A stretch of 64,000 bases of DNA from NCBI GenBank assembly GCA_013239625.1, contig MU054908.1:3265946-3329945 (forward strand), read 5' to 3'. Below, piece after piece: positions 24,513-36,801 of the stretch (the stretch's first letter is position 1; every line of letters starts with the position of its first letter). The notes under the pieces were generated by a model, which made no database searches, was not told the DNA's origin, and worked only from the letters and a program-made list of their open reading frames with translations. This DNA comes from Lama guanicoe (taxonomy: Eukaryota). The position numbers and the translations under genes are program-made.

Positions 24513-24809
24513 AGAGCAAACCTTTTCACTACTTAAAGGTTGGAATTGCAATTGTTCCCTGATTCATTGATGTAATGGTAAAACTTCATAGTTCAGAAAT
24601 GCTAAGCCACTCAGTAGATCTGCCCCACCTCCCTGCGGCTGAGAGATTAGACCTGGGGGACCTTTTCTTGGAAGATTAAGTTAAAGAGATTCCTGTGCAG
24701 AAACCACTAGGGAGGGTCACCTATAAATGGTTGGGTAGTGAGGCTTGAGGCCTTGGCCTAAATTTTCTAGTTAGATTTCAGAAATTCCTCAATTATTCTA
24801 TATAAACCT

Positions 24810-25730
24810 TGGGTTGCACATCTGGTTGCTAACTTGGCATCTCCACGAGGCTGTTTAATAGACCTCGTGAACTTGCATCCAAAACCAATTCTTGGTTATT
24901 CACACCCCTGCAAAATTGCTTCTTACCCAATCTTCTCCATATTAGGAAATAAACCGTCATTCACCTATACTCAAGCCAGAATCTTGGGGTCATATTTGTT
25001 TCATCTCTTTCCTTCACAGCCCACATCTAATCCATCAGTAATTCATGTCAGCTCTGTCTCCAATATATATCCCAAGTCCAGGCGCTTCTCACAGTTTCCA
25101 CTGCTACTGGCCTAGTGCTTGAACGTGCCTCTCTTGGTCTGGACCACTGCAGTAGTCTATGGGTTTGTCTCCTTGCTGCTGTTCTATGCGGCAGCCAAGT
25201 CTTTTTGGTCATTTGAAATGTGAAAGGATCATATCACTCCCTAACTTAAAACTTCCAATGGTTTCCTGATGCCAAAATACAATCATCCTCCATGGCCTAC
25301 AGGACTCTATGTGATCTGCCCTTCACCTGCCTCACTGACTTCTCAAAGGCTTTGTTCACTATGCTCAGCAACTGGCCAGGTCCTCAGGACCATCACAATT
25401 GTTCCTTCTGAAATACTTTCCCCAAGAATTCTGCAGGCTGGCTTTTTCTTAGTATTCAGCCTTAACTTAAATATGTCCTTCCCACAGAAGTCTTCTCTAA
25501 CTCCTGATCAGGAGTAGCCCACACCTCCAGTCTCTAACTTTTCACTGTGTCTTATTTTCTTCATAGCACTGGTCACTATTTGAAGTTATTTTATTTATTG
25601 GTTTACCTTTATTATCCGTCTTCACAGCAGAATATATGTGCCACAAAAGCTCAGTTTGCTTATTGCTGTACGCCCTGTACTGGGATAGTGTCCATGTTAT
25701 AGGTACTCAGTAAATAGCTGTTGAACAAGG
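24810..25730 (+). mobile_element. LINE-2 (L2a-like) 3' part
   Basis: It contains ctcaagccagaatcttggggtc, cccacatctaatccatcag and ttaaaacttccaatgg, and ends in ataggtactcagtaaatagctgttgaa. Confidence 0.82.
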
Positions 25731-26154
25731 ACAAGTTTCAAAGTCTCTGAATCTCGTATTAAAAACCAACATTTTTTGTGAGAAGAAAAGCTAATCTTTT
25801 TTTAGGTCTTGGGAAGACGGAGACACTCTCGGGGACAGAGGGTACCAAAAATATAGATAGGACAGGCCTAAGACAATATGGTAATGGAGGAGCTTAAGAG
25901 CATGAAGGGTGGGCAAGGATGGGTGCATGGACAGCTGGTCCAGGGTTTGGTCTTGGTCCACCCATGATAAATTTAGAGACTGAAGATGCTAGAGTCAAGG
26001 AGAAGAAAGTCATTCAAAGGTCTGCTTGGGGTCTTGGATTTTTTTCAACCAGGTTTGAAATCTCAGGTAAGTTGTTCAGCCCCTCTGGCCTTAGCCTCTC
26101 AGAGCATTGGGCTGGGTGATCACTAAGGCCTTTGGCCAACCGTGATTGCTCCAT

Positions 26155-26400
26155 GTTCATTCAGAAAGTAAGAACTGAACACCTACTGTGGTCCCAAAAC
26201 TGTGCTGGATGCTGGGAATATAGCAAAGGACAAGGCCCAGTCCCTTCCTTCATGGAACTTCTAACATAGAAGACAGAGATTAGACAATAGTTACACAAAT
26301 CAACATGTCATACAGATGGTGTTGGGAAGGGGAAGTGGAAGATGCAGTGAGAGTTTATAAATGAGTGCTTGTGGGGACTGTAAGGTCGGATAGACCTACT
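26155..26400 (-). mobile_element. LINE-2 3' fragment
   Basis: It reads ttcattcag...actgaacacctactgtg...ctgtgctggatgctgggaatatagc...ccttcatggaactt. Confidence 0.65.
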
Positions 26401-27024
26401 CCCAGAAAAGTTATATTTTCTTAATTGTAAAAATGTTCAAGCTTTGGGAGAGGGGACAAGGCAGCTCTGGGGAGAGTTTCCGGCTGAGTCCCTGACAGTG
26501 GGCTGTGCATTTGGGCAGATGTTTTCTCTGTTGCAGTGATGGATCCCGCAGTATATGGCATGTGGGGTCCTCTTGGAGCCAGGAGGGTACACTCAGTGGG
26601 TCATCCCTTGGTTGAGGGTGAATGGGGAGAAGTTCACTGCAGTGTGAAGACAAGTTTTCCTCTCTGCTGCAGATGAAGGTGGAAATTGGCGCTTTCTGCT
26701 CTTTATGCCGGCCCCTCGACCCCACCTGGGCCAAATCCCCACAAGCAGCAAACAGGAGTTGGTGGTGGAGGGACTGCTCATTCCTCCCTACTCAGTGTGT
26801 GGTGTGGTGGTAGGTACGACTCTTAGTGCATACATTTGATCTTAAATCCTTCCTTATGCCCTCATCCTTTCAGGTGGAGGAAATAATCCCAGTCATTACT
26901 GGGCTGTCTCCTCCACGCTCCCCAACGGGTCCCAGGGGAGGCTGAGCACCCCCCGAGCCCCAAAGGGCAGAGACTGCACGGACTTCAGGGGCTTCTCTCT
27001 GAGGCTGGAGAAAGTTCTCACCTC

Positions 27025-27151
27025 GAGGGGGAGGACATGGCCCGAGTGGTAGAGTGCATGCTTAGCAAACACAAGGTCCTGGGTTCAATCCCCAGTACCT
27101 CCTCTAAAAATAAACAAATAAGTAAACTTAATTACCTCCACCTCCCCTCCA

Positions 27152-27219
<68 letters not shown>

Positions 27220-27222
27220 AGT
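27025..27222 (+). mobile_element. Camelid tRNA-derived SINE (Vic-1 type) with 15-bp TSD and (GATA)n tail
   Basis: The body reads gagtggtagagtgcatgcttagc...ctgggttcaatccccagtacctcc. The TSD GAAAGTTCTCACCTC sits at 27010-27024 and 27223-27237. Confidence 0.93.
27153..27218 (+). repeat. Perfect (TAGA)n tetranucleotide microsatellite, about 16 units
   Basis: Directly visible; it forms the tail of the SINE at 27025-27222. Confidence 0.97.
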
Positions 27223-27474
27223 GAAAGTTCTCACCTCTCTTCTCTCCTATGCTGTTTTCAAAGGTCCCTCCAGGACACCTGGCATCTCTGTGCTTTGACT
27301 TCTACAAAAGACAGAAAGAGATTCAGTTTTTAGCCTTTGTTGATTGCTGCCCAACCCTGAAGCAGGACTGTCTGCTTGGAGGGCTTGTGGAAATTCAGGA
27401 AAAAGGCATACAAATTAATACTTTAAAAAATTGTCCTGCCATAAGACTGGAGCTCTAATCAGGAGAAATTGTAT

Positions 27475-27660
27475 CTGTCTGAGTCCTGACTTTACGTGGG
27501 TAAATCACCACCACTTTAAGCCTCATTCCTCATCTGTTACTTAGGGAAAATCATAGTAGAGACTCTTAAATGGATTTGTTATGAGAATTAAATATATGCA
27601 TTGCAAGCAAAATACTTAGCACAGTGTCTGGCACACGGCAAGTACTCAATACATTTTAGC
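27475..27660 (+). mobile_element. MIR SINE
   Basis: It reads gcctcattcctcatctgt...gttatgagaattaaat...cttagcacagtgtctggcacacggcaagtactcaata. Confidence 0.8.
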
Positions 27661-29619
27661 TTTGATTTTAATAATATATATGATATTAGTTATGGTATAA
27701 AATATACGGCTATTATTCCCAGCTTGGTGATCATATATATAAGGGTTTTATGGAAGGTGGTCTTCGCTGTGCTGCTAAGCCCTTCCCACCTTTCTGACTG
27801 TGAACAGGGCTTGGCCAGCAGTGTTTCTCATGCTCCTTGGAGAACAGGTGCAAGTCAGGTCACGACTTCTCCCATCAACCTTCTTGTCAAACTGTAAAGA
27901 ATGATGGTCTATTCTTGGAGGTTCCTACTTACTGTGTGGCAGCTTCTGAATTATACCTCTCTCGTTCAGACAGACTTTTTTTCTTCCTTCTACTCTCTCT
28001 TCCCCTCCAAAATACTGCAAGTAAATATCATTTATATTGATTTTTTTTTAAACCTGCCCTCTGGGGAGCCCATTTCCATCCCCTGAAAGTCTGGGAGGCC
28101 AGCCTCTGATGATATTTTCCCAAAGGCTGACTCAAATCTTCATTTGTTATGGAAATATTAAATCTTTTTGAAAAACAGCCTCAAGTCTTTGGGACAAATG
28201 CTGGCACGGGCTGTGTGCACATGCCGAGGACTGAAGGGCAAAGCCTGGAGGAGAGCAAGGCTTCTATCTGTTAGCTTGGGCGGAGGGGATGAGCCCCAGA
28301 GAGAAGGAAAGGAGGAAAGAGGAGGGTCCCAGGCCTGAGGGGAGACACAGAGGCAGAGATCCATGAGATGAGGACTTCAGAAAAAAAAAAAAAACAAGGC
28401 CAGATTGTCTGTGTAGTTTTCTGACTGTTCAAACTAAGAATATATTTGATATGAGGAAAAGTGTATGTAAGGAAAATGGCCTTAATGAGTTGATTGCATC
28501 TTTCCAAATTGAAAGCCAGACCCAGGAAATTTCATTCAGGACCTAGACACATAGTAAGGCTGATTTCTTTCTGACTTTGAGTCATTCTGAATAGCTTGGA
28601 TTTTCTGTGTGTATTTTGTATATTTTTAAGAAACAAGAAAAATCATTGATCTTATGGATTCTGCTGATACAGTGTTTGAGGACTAGTGTTTATTTAGTGC
28701 CTCATATGTGTTAAATATTTAGTAGAGGCTTTATAAATGTGTCTGAATCAGCCCTGAAGACAATANNNNNNNNNNNNNNNNNNNNNNNNNNNNNNNNNNN
28801 NNNNNNNNNNNNNNNNNNNNNNNNNNNNNNNNNNNNNNNNNNNNNNNNNNNNNNNNNNNNNNNNNNNNNNNNNNNNNNNNNNNNNNNNNNNNNNNNNNNN
28901 NNNNNNNNNNNNNNNNNNNNNNNNNNNNNNNNNNNNNNNNNNNNNNNNNNNNNNNNNNNNNAGTAATGGAATGAGAAGTAAGCTTACTTTTTTATAATTA
29001 ACACCATGTTGAAAAGGGTTGCTAATGTTTAAACAAGGAAAATTCAAAGTGACTTTATAAATAGACGGTCAAAGGAAGTTTAATAGGAATAATTTTAAAA
29101 CAATATAGCTCGGGAAAATAAAATCAACTCTAGCCATAGAGCGTATTAGCTGGAACATAGGCGGTATTTTAAAAAATGTTTCTTGGAATGAACATAAACA
29201 TGACACTTCAGTTCTGAGCTTGTTGTTTAACTGAAAACCTAAAACCCACTGGAGATTCTTAGACCAACAAGAAGTTTCTTCGGGGAGGCACCCAGTATGT
29301 TTCTTTTTTATGGATGTAGAAATTGAGGCTCGGAGAGGTTAGGTAGCTTGTCTAAAGTCATGTGACCTATCAGTACAGAAGCTGGGATTCAGACTGGGTC
29401 TGGGTCAGGCTTACTGTCCAGTCTAGTCCCCCTGTCCAATGTTGTACCTCCTCCTCCTGCTTCCACACTTTCTTTGTTCATGAAACTGATTCCTCAGGAC
29501 CCCTCCCTTTGCCCAGGCACAGCTGCTCAAGGCACTAGGCCAGCGCATCCCAGGTATACAACAAACATTTCTTCGCCTGACAGTCTCCCAATAACATTGT
29601 TAATCCCTTGACCACAACA

Positions 29620-30430
29620 TGATGTCTAACTTTAAAATTAAATTAGTCAACGTCTTTTTAGTTTTCGTATTTATCAAAGTTTCACATGCACATAATTTGG
29701 AGAGTCAAATAGTTCTACAAGGGTTGCCGTTAACATGCTTGTGCGTCTGTCCTGATTTTTCAGCTTTAAGCACTGACTCTGGAATTCCCACTAGGAAAGA
29801 TGAGTTTTGCTCTTTCAGCTCCTGCTCTAGCCAGGCCCCCCTCACATGCACACTCCTCTTCCAATCCACATCCTTCCAAGATTGTCAAATGCTAATATAA
29901 TTTATTCAAAATTCTGTATTTACATTGTTAAAAAACCAAAATTTAACCCAGTAAATGTTAAAGATCTAGCTGGCTTTGTTCAATGATTCATGAATCAGGC
30001 ACATCCAATCTAGCAGACAAAAGGCATTCTGAGAAGTTCTATAAAATGAAACACTTATAGGCAGAAGGGAGTAGAAACAGGAACCAGGAAGTCATACTAG
30101 GAAGGTTCCTTTCAGGGGTGGTGGGGGTCTGTCAGGCAATTCTTGATGGACTGGTTTCAGATTCCCTTTCTGGGAGAACCGAAACTGTAATTAAGTCTTG
30201 GTTTGGTGACATGGGGCTTAGCATAAGCAACTCCATTTGGGGCCTGTTGTCTTGTTTTTAACAACATTATGAAAATATAAATTATATTTTTAATGGAGCC
30301 GTTCGGTAAACTGTGATTACTTTTCCTTTCCTGGAGTTAGTAACTGTCTTCTTTTTTCATTTGCTTTGTTTCCTTGGTATTAAGCAATAATTAAAGTTCA
30401 GACTCTTTGCCAAAGATCTAAATCCCCTCC
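29620..30430 (-). mobile_element. Degenerate L1ME-like fragment split by an ERV1 LTR
   Basis: AT-rich L1ME-like sequence lies on both sides of the LTR at 29926-30263. Confidence 0.45.
29926..30263 (-). mobile_element. ERV1-class solo LTR with 4-bp TSD
   Basis: The inverted termini read TGTTAAAAA...TTTTTAACA. A perfect ACAT TSD sits at 29922-29925 and 30264-30267. Confidence 0.85.
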
Positions 30431-32519
30431 CCAGGTACTTGAATGATCAAGCCTTCTATCAAACTCAGCTTGGTTCGGGCCTCCCGCAGAGGGAGTTCTG
30501 CCCTGCAGTGGTCTGGGCGGGGCCTCCCGGGACCCCCTGCCGCGCCCTGGGGTTCCCTTCACTGCCCTGCTGGGCTGGAGTCCTGCTTCCTACATCCTGG
30601 TCTTCCTCCTTCTTTGTTTACTCTTGAATTTGTGAGGAGCTGACTTTCCAGTCACTTCATGAGAAAGGGGCCTGCAGCCATGCGTTTTTAATCTCAGCAT
30701 CTCCAGCACTTGGCATCATAGTTGCTCCATAAATGTTCGTTAAACTGATGAAAGGATAAAAGAAGAAAGGAGGACAGGAAGACGTCAGCAGGGAAAAAGT
30801 TATCACACGTCTAAGTGAGAAAAGGGAAACAATAAATCCTGATAATCTGATGTTTAAATGACTGGCCTAAACGTTTCATTTATGATTTACATAAGTAATA
30901 ATGGAAGTTCACAAGACCAGCTGGATTTAGGGAACTCTTCTCATCTTTTCAAAAGCCAGTCTGGCACCGGCGAAAGCATATAGGCCGTGAATGAATTATC
31001 TAACCCTTTTGTGTCTCTGTTTTCTTGTCCATAAAAAATAGGGATGATAATAGATGATAAGACTTATGTAAACTGTTGTGTTGCGTGACAACTAGTTGTT
31101 GCTGGGCACGTTCACCAGTCATCTCATTAAAAGGACATGTAAATTAAATTAAATCAGACCTTTTGTATGCAAGACACCTAGCTGATGCCTAGCATTTGTA
31201 GCACTTGGTGAATGAAAATGGTTATTCAAAGCTTAGATTTGGGTTCAGATGTGATGGTGAGATGCCCCTTCTAATCTTGGCTTTCACTGTGACTCACTGT
31301 GTGCCCTTCAGCAAGTCCCTCCCCATCTCTGATCTTCAGTGCTTCCTTCAGTGAAGTGTGGATGGTGGCTCACCCCCACCCCACCTCTGTCATGCTATAC
31401 TCTTGTTCTGTAAAGCGTCCGTCCCGGAACTGGCTCCAGCCAGCTGCTGTGAGCACAGTTTGCAGATCGATGCTATCTCTGGCCCTGGCTCCCGCCTCCT
31501 CCAGGACTGGGGCTGTGGTGGGTGTCCTGAGGTTGACTAGAAAGAAGTGGTACCTTCTTCTGATGTGTAATGCCAGACAGATCCGGCCTGGGCTCCAGCC
31601 AACACCAGGGAAGGGGACTTCATCATAAAAGCCACCTTGTCAGTGTCAGTCTGGGGTGATTAATGACTCTTTAATCCCACAGCAGAATACCTGACAAAAT
31701 AAGCTTGGGCCAAAAAGGCAGAACAAACCTAATTAGCCTGGTCGAGCCACTCACAAGGTGTGGGTTGCTAAGGATCCCAATGGCTTGGAAAGGAAGCCTC
31801 TCCCTTTAGGTCTGTGAAAGCGTCAAGTGGCCACAATGGGGAAGGGACTCCATTAAAAGGAGGGGGCTGGCCAATGAATAAACATGCAGGTTACCATGTT
31901 GGTATTTCACTGAATGCCGTTCTGAAGTGGGGTGCTTGGGGCCTCGGAGGCCGNNNNNNNNNNNNNNNNNNNNNNNNNNNNNNNNNNNNNNNNNNNNNNN
32001 NNNNNNNNNNNNNNNNNNNNNNNNNNNNNNNNNNNNNNNNNNNNNNNNNNNNNNNNNNNNNNNNNNNNNNNNNNNNNNNNNNNNNNNNNNNNNNNNNNNN
32101 NNGATTCTGTAATGAGGCTGGGCAGAATGTGCCAACATTGTTGGCCCGGGACGATTTTAAACTCCCACTCGCCACATTAGCAGCCCCTTTCTTTACATGA
32201 AGGCCCTTGGAGGGTGAAAGGGGACAATGAAGGAAGAGTGAAAACATCACAAAGAGACGCTTTTGTTTCGCATTCCTTTGAACCNNNNNNNNNNNNNNNN
32301 NNNNNNNNNNNNNNNNNNNNNNNNNNNNNNNNNNNNNNNNNNNNNNNNNNNNNNNNNNNNNNNNNNNNNNNNNNNNNNNNNNNNNNNNNNNNNNNNNNNN
32401 NNNNNNNNNNNNNNNNNNNNNNNNNNNNNNNNNNNNNNNTGATGGGGTCTGTATGTGATATAGACCATGTAGACACAGGATACCAGCGTGCCAGTGAATA
32501 CGCACGCCTTCGCGAGTGC

Positions 32520-32700
32520 CCAGTGATTTCCAGTTTACAGCCCACTTTATGTCGTTGTCCAGTTTAATTCTCACAAGCAACCTACCACCGGATGAGGAGT
32601 CGTTGCTCTTATTTTATAGAGAAGAGAACCGAGGCGCAGAGAAGTTAGGTGACCTGCCCCGAATCCCACCCTGAGGAAGAATCAGAGTTGTGAGCAGAAC
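32520..32700 (-). mobile_element. MIR SINE
   Basis: It reads tttaattctcacaagcaacc...attttatagagaagagaaccgaggcgcagagaagttaggtgacctgccc. Confidence 0.75.
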
Positions 32701-33201
32701 GGCGCTCTCCCTGGCTTCTTCCACTCTGGCACAGATACTCCTGAGATTGGAGAGCATGCATATGTGTGTGCCAGAGAGACATCTCCTGTGATGAGTTTCT
32801 CAAAAACATCATTTTTTGGAGAAAGAAGAGCATCACTAGATGATGGTGCCATTTTGCATTCCTCCCCTAATTACTGGTCATGATAGCATTTCCTGGACCA
32901 GATTTCTCCTTTCTCTGTACCTTAGCTGTGCCCAGCTTATTTGTACCCCACTTTCCTTGCTCCCCCCCAAGTCACCCAGCTACAGACACGTGACTGTCCC
33001 ATGGTGCAGTACTGGATATCCCATCTTCCCTATGGGATGGCACTTTCCTGAGTCTTACCAATTTTGTTAAGGGTGTTGTGAGGAAGGGGGTCTACTCTGG
33101 AGCTCATCCAGAAGTTTGACTACAGTTCAGGCCTGAGAAACATGTGTACACTCTTAAAGCCACTGGACTAGTAATAATCAAAGTTGACTTTGGCTTCTGA
33201 C

Positions 33202-34207
33202 TGGGGCCAGCTTCACTGGCATGTGACCTGTGCAGTTGGTACAGGACTCTGTGCTCAGAAGGGCCCTGTGCTCGGTTTTTTGCTCTGCTACCATTGTGTT
33301 GACATGCTTAATAATTTTATCTTGGAGCTTCTGCTTTGTAAAGTGAAGTCCAAAGAGATGGTGGAGCAAGGGAGATGCAGGCAGCATGCTTGTCCACGGG
33401 GATTCCTTGCTCCCCATATTCACACAATACGCTCCATGCCCCAGGAGTCTGGAATCCCAGTGGCCCCACAATCAAGGGAGTTCGGTGACACTCAAAGCAA
33501 AGTAAGTGTGCTATGTCTGTAAGTGAGTAAGGGGGACGCCGGTGGCCCTGAGAGACCACACTTTCTTTTCCCAATCAGAATGGAACACATTCTGCAGAAA
33601 GAAGACAGCGATGTTCTAAGAGACATGACTGACCAGAGAATCCCATTGTATCTCTTTTTATTCATGGGACTTCCCCATAGTGGCCAAGCATTTACACTGA
33701 AAATGATGACAGAAGGAGAGGGAGAGAGGGTGCTGCAGAGTTGCCTGTCCTTTCAGCAGCCTTCTCAGTAAGCCAGAGGCAGAGAGCTGCGGGAATGTGT
33801 GTGTATTTTGAAGTGAAATAGACAGCTGAGTTACTTTGGAGTGGCACTTCTGCTGTTCTAGTAAGAACAAAACACATGTACGCATGGGATACAAAATCAA
33901 AATTCTTTCATTTTGGTGATTCTGCGTAGGATTTAGAGGCTCTTCTGTTTGCATAAATCTGGAATTGTGCAATCTACAGATAAACAGTAAAACTCATGCC
34001 AAAAATTTAAAAATTTAATTTTGCTCTACTTAGAATGACAGTAAACAGCAAATCAAAACTACCGTGACAAGTTGAGAGCGAGCTCACGGAAGAAAGGAAA
34101 AGCTTTATATTTTAGAACCTCTAATGGCACCCTTTCCCCCACTTGTTGAACAAGGGGCTCTATACTTGCATTTTGCATTGGGTCCTTCAAATTATGTCGC
34201 CAGTTGT
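33202..34207 (+). mobile_element. hAT-Tip100 DNA transposon fossil (MER45B/R-like), near full length at about 1 kb
   Basis: The 5' end reads ggggccagcttcactggcatgtgacctgtgcag...ctcagaagggccc. The 3' end reads cattttgcattgggtccttcaaattatgtcgcc. The ends match the short MER45 copy at 14476-14600. Confidence 0.8.
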
Positions 34208-34259
34208 TTCCAACCAAAGACATACAGAAAGTGAATTTTAGGTGTTTTAAAAAATGTTC

Positions 34260-34600
34260 ATATGATATGATACTTTTATGTGGAATCTAAAAATAAACAT
34301 GATACAAATCTTATTTACAAACCAAAAATAGACTCACAGACAGAAAACCAACTACGGTTACCAAAGGGGAGAGAGAGATGAGGATAAATTAGGAGTCTGG
34401 GATTAATAGATACACAGTACTATATATAAAATAGATAAACAACAAGGACCTAAGGTATAGCAAAGAGAACTATATTCAATTTCTTATAATAACATATAAT
34501 GGAAAAGAATCTGAAAAAATATATATATATATCTGAATCACTTTGCTGTACACCTGAAACTAACATTGTAAATCAACTACACTTCAATTAAAAAATTTTT
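34260..34600 (+). mobile_element. LINE-1 3' UTR fragment
   Basis: It reads tgtggaatctaaaa...aaatagactcacagac...cattgtaaatcaactacacttcaattaaaaaa, as in the other L1 3' ends of this window. AAATGTTC on both sides is a likely TSD remnant. Confidence 0.85.
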
Positions 34601-34880
34601 TTAAATGTTCTGTGATCACAGATCTCATGATTAACTCAAAAAGGCTGCTCTGTTAATGGTGCTGGGTGGGACTGTAGCATGTGCCATGATGCTCTGTGGG
34701 CAGAGGGTGGTGTGGTGGGGGCCACGTGGATGTGCTCCCTATGTGAACATGGATAAGAGGTTCCTCCCAAGCCGTGTTCTTAATCTGCAAAGTAGTGATA
34801 ACATGTGCTTTGTACATTGGTCAGTGGTTCCAGTCAAAGAGTAGATATAAAGATATTCTGAACAATTTAAAGTGTTGTGC

Positions 34881-36801
34881 TCAAAAATCAGTTGCATTTC
34901 TTTACACTAACAATGAATCAACAGAAAAAGAAAGTAAAGAAACAATCCCCTTTAAAATAGCACCCAAAGTAATAAAATACCTAGGAATAAATCTAACCAA
35001 GGAGGTGAAAGAATTATACACAGAAAACTACAAACCATTGATGAAGGAAATTAAAGTAGACTTTAAAAAATGGAAAGATATCCTATGCTCCTGTATTGGA
35101 TGTATGAATATTGTTAAAATGGTCACACTGCCCAAGGCAATCTACAGATTTAATGCAATCCCTATCCAATTACCCAGGACATATTTCACAGAACTAGAAC
35201 AAATCATAATAAAATTTATATGGAACCATCAAAGACCTAGAACTGCCAAAGCATTACTGAAGAGAAAGAAAGAGGCTGGAGGAATAACTCTCCCAGACTT
35301 CAGACAATACTATAGAGCTACAGTCATCAAGACAGCATGGTATTGGTACAAAAACAGACATACAGACCAATGGAACAGAATAGAGAGCCCAGAAATGAAC
35401 CCACAAACTTTTGGTCAACTAATCTTCGACAAAGGAGGCAAGAATATACAATGGAATAAAGACAGTCTCTTCAGCAAATGGTGTTGGGAAAACTGGACAG
35501 CAGCATGTAAAGCAATGAAGCTAGAACACTCCCTTATACCATACACAAAAATCAACTCAAGATGGATCAAAGACTTAAACATAAGACAAGATACAACAAA
35601 CCTCCTAGGAGAAAATATAGGCAAAACATTATCTGACATACATCTCAGAAATGTTCTCCTAGAACAGTCTACTCAAGCTGTAGAAATAAAAGCAAGAATA
35701 TACAAATGGGACCTAATGAAAATTACAAGCTTCTGTACAGCAAAGGAAACCATAAGTAAAACAAAAAGACAACTTACAGAATTGGAGAAAATTTTTGCAA
35801 ATGAAACTGACAAAGGCTTGATCTCCAGAATATATAAGCAGCTCATATGACTTAATAAGAAAAAAATGAACAACCCAATCCAAAAATGGGCAAAAGACCT
35901 AAATAAGCAGTTNNNNNNNNNNNNNNNNNNNNNNNNNNNNNNNNNNNNNNNNNNNNNNNNNNNNNNNNNNNNNNNNNNNNNNNNNNNNNNNNNNNNNNNN
36001 NNNNNNNNNNNNNNNNNNNNNNNNNNNNNNNNNNNNNNNNNNNNNNNNNNNNACGGCAAATGCTGAAGAGCCTGTGGAGAAAGGGGAACACTCCTACATT
36101 GCTGGTGGGAATGCAGTTTGGTGCAGCCACTGTGGAAAACAGTATGGAGATTCCTCAAAAGACTAGGAATAGACTTACCATAGGTCCCAGGAACCCTGCT
36201 CCGGGGCATATATCCAGAAGGAACCCTACTTCAAAANNNNNNNNNNNNNNNNNNNNNNNNNNNNNNNNNNNNNNNNNNNNNNNNNNNNNNNNNNNNNNNN
36301 NNNNNNNNNNNNNNNNNNNNNNNNNNNNNNNNNNNNNNNNNNNNNNNNNNNNNNNNNNNNNNNNNNNNNNNNNNNNNNNNNNNNNNNNNNNCATTTGCAG
36401 TAACATGGATGCTCCTGGAGAATGTCATTCTAAGTGAAGTAAGCCAGAAAGAGAAAGAAAAATACCATATGAGATTGCTCATATGTGGAATCTAAAACAA
36501 ACAAACAAACAAACAAAGCATAAATACAAAACAGAAATAGACTCATAGACATAGAATACAAACTTGTGGTTGCCAGTGGGGCGGGGAGTGGGAAGGGATA
36601 GACTGGGATTTCAAAATTGTAGAATAGATCAACAAGATTATACTGTACAGCACAGGGAAATATATACAAGATCTTATGGTAGCTCACAGAGAAAAAAATG
36701 TGACAATGAATATATATATATGTTCATGTATAACTGAAAAATTGTGCTCTACACTGGAATTTGACACAACATTGTAAAATGATTATAAATCAATAAAAAA
36801 A
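34881..36801 (+). mobile_element. 5'-truncated young LINE-1 (ORF2 3' part, 3' UTR and short A-tail) with 13-bp TSD
   Basis: TAAAGTGTTGTGC flanks the element at 34868-34880 and 36802-36814, at an endonuclease-type TT/AAAG site. The translation is typical ORF2 ([54 protein letters not shown]). AATAAA lies at about 36792. Confidence 0.97.
34882..36495 (+). pseudogene. Disabled LINE-1 ORF2 C-terminal fragment including the CCHC cysteine-rich motif
   Basis: One reading frame runs from [11 protein letters not shown] to ...KEKYHMRLLICGI* (TAA 36493-36495). In-frame stops occur at 35848, 36064 and 36181. The motif [17 protein letters not shown] starts at 36061. Confidence 0.93.

Noticed and set aside
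31806-32580. Long ORFs spanning N-runs (also at 262-743, 6775-7345, 17011-17481, 28739-29047 and 61959-62389)
   Set aside because: Their length comes from X codons in masked sequence.
34774-35850. 358-aa ORF as a host or domesticated gene
   Set aside because: It is L1 ORF2 read from a non-ATG start in flanking DNA. The first 35 or so codons lie outside the element, the endonuclease and RT core are missing, and the frame ends at a premature stop.
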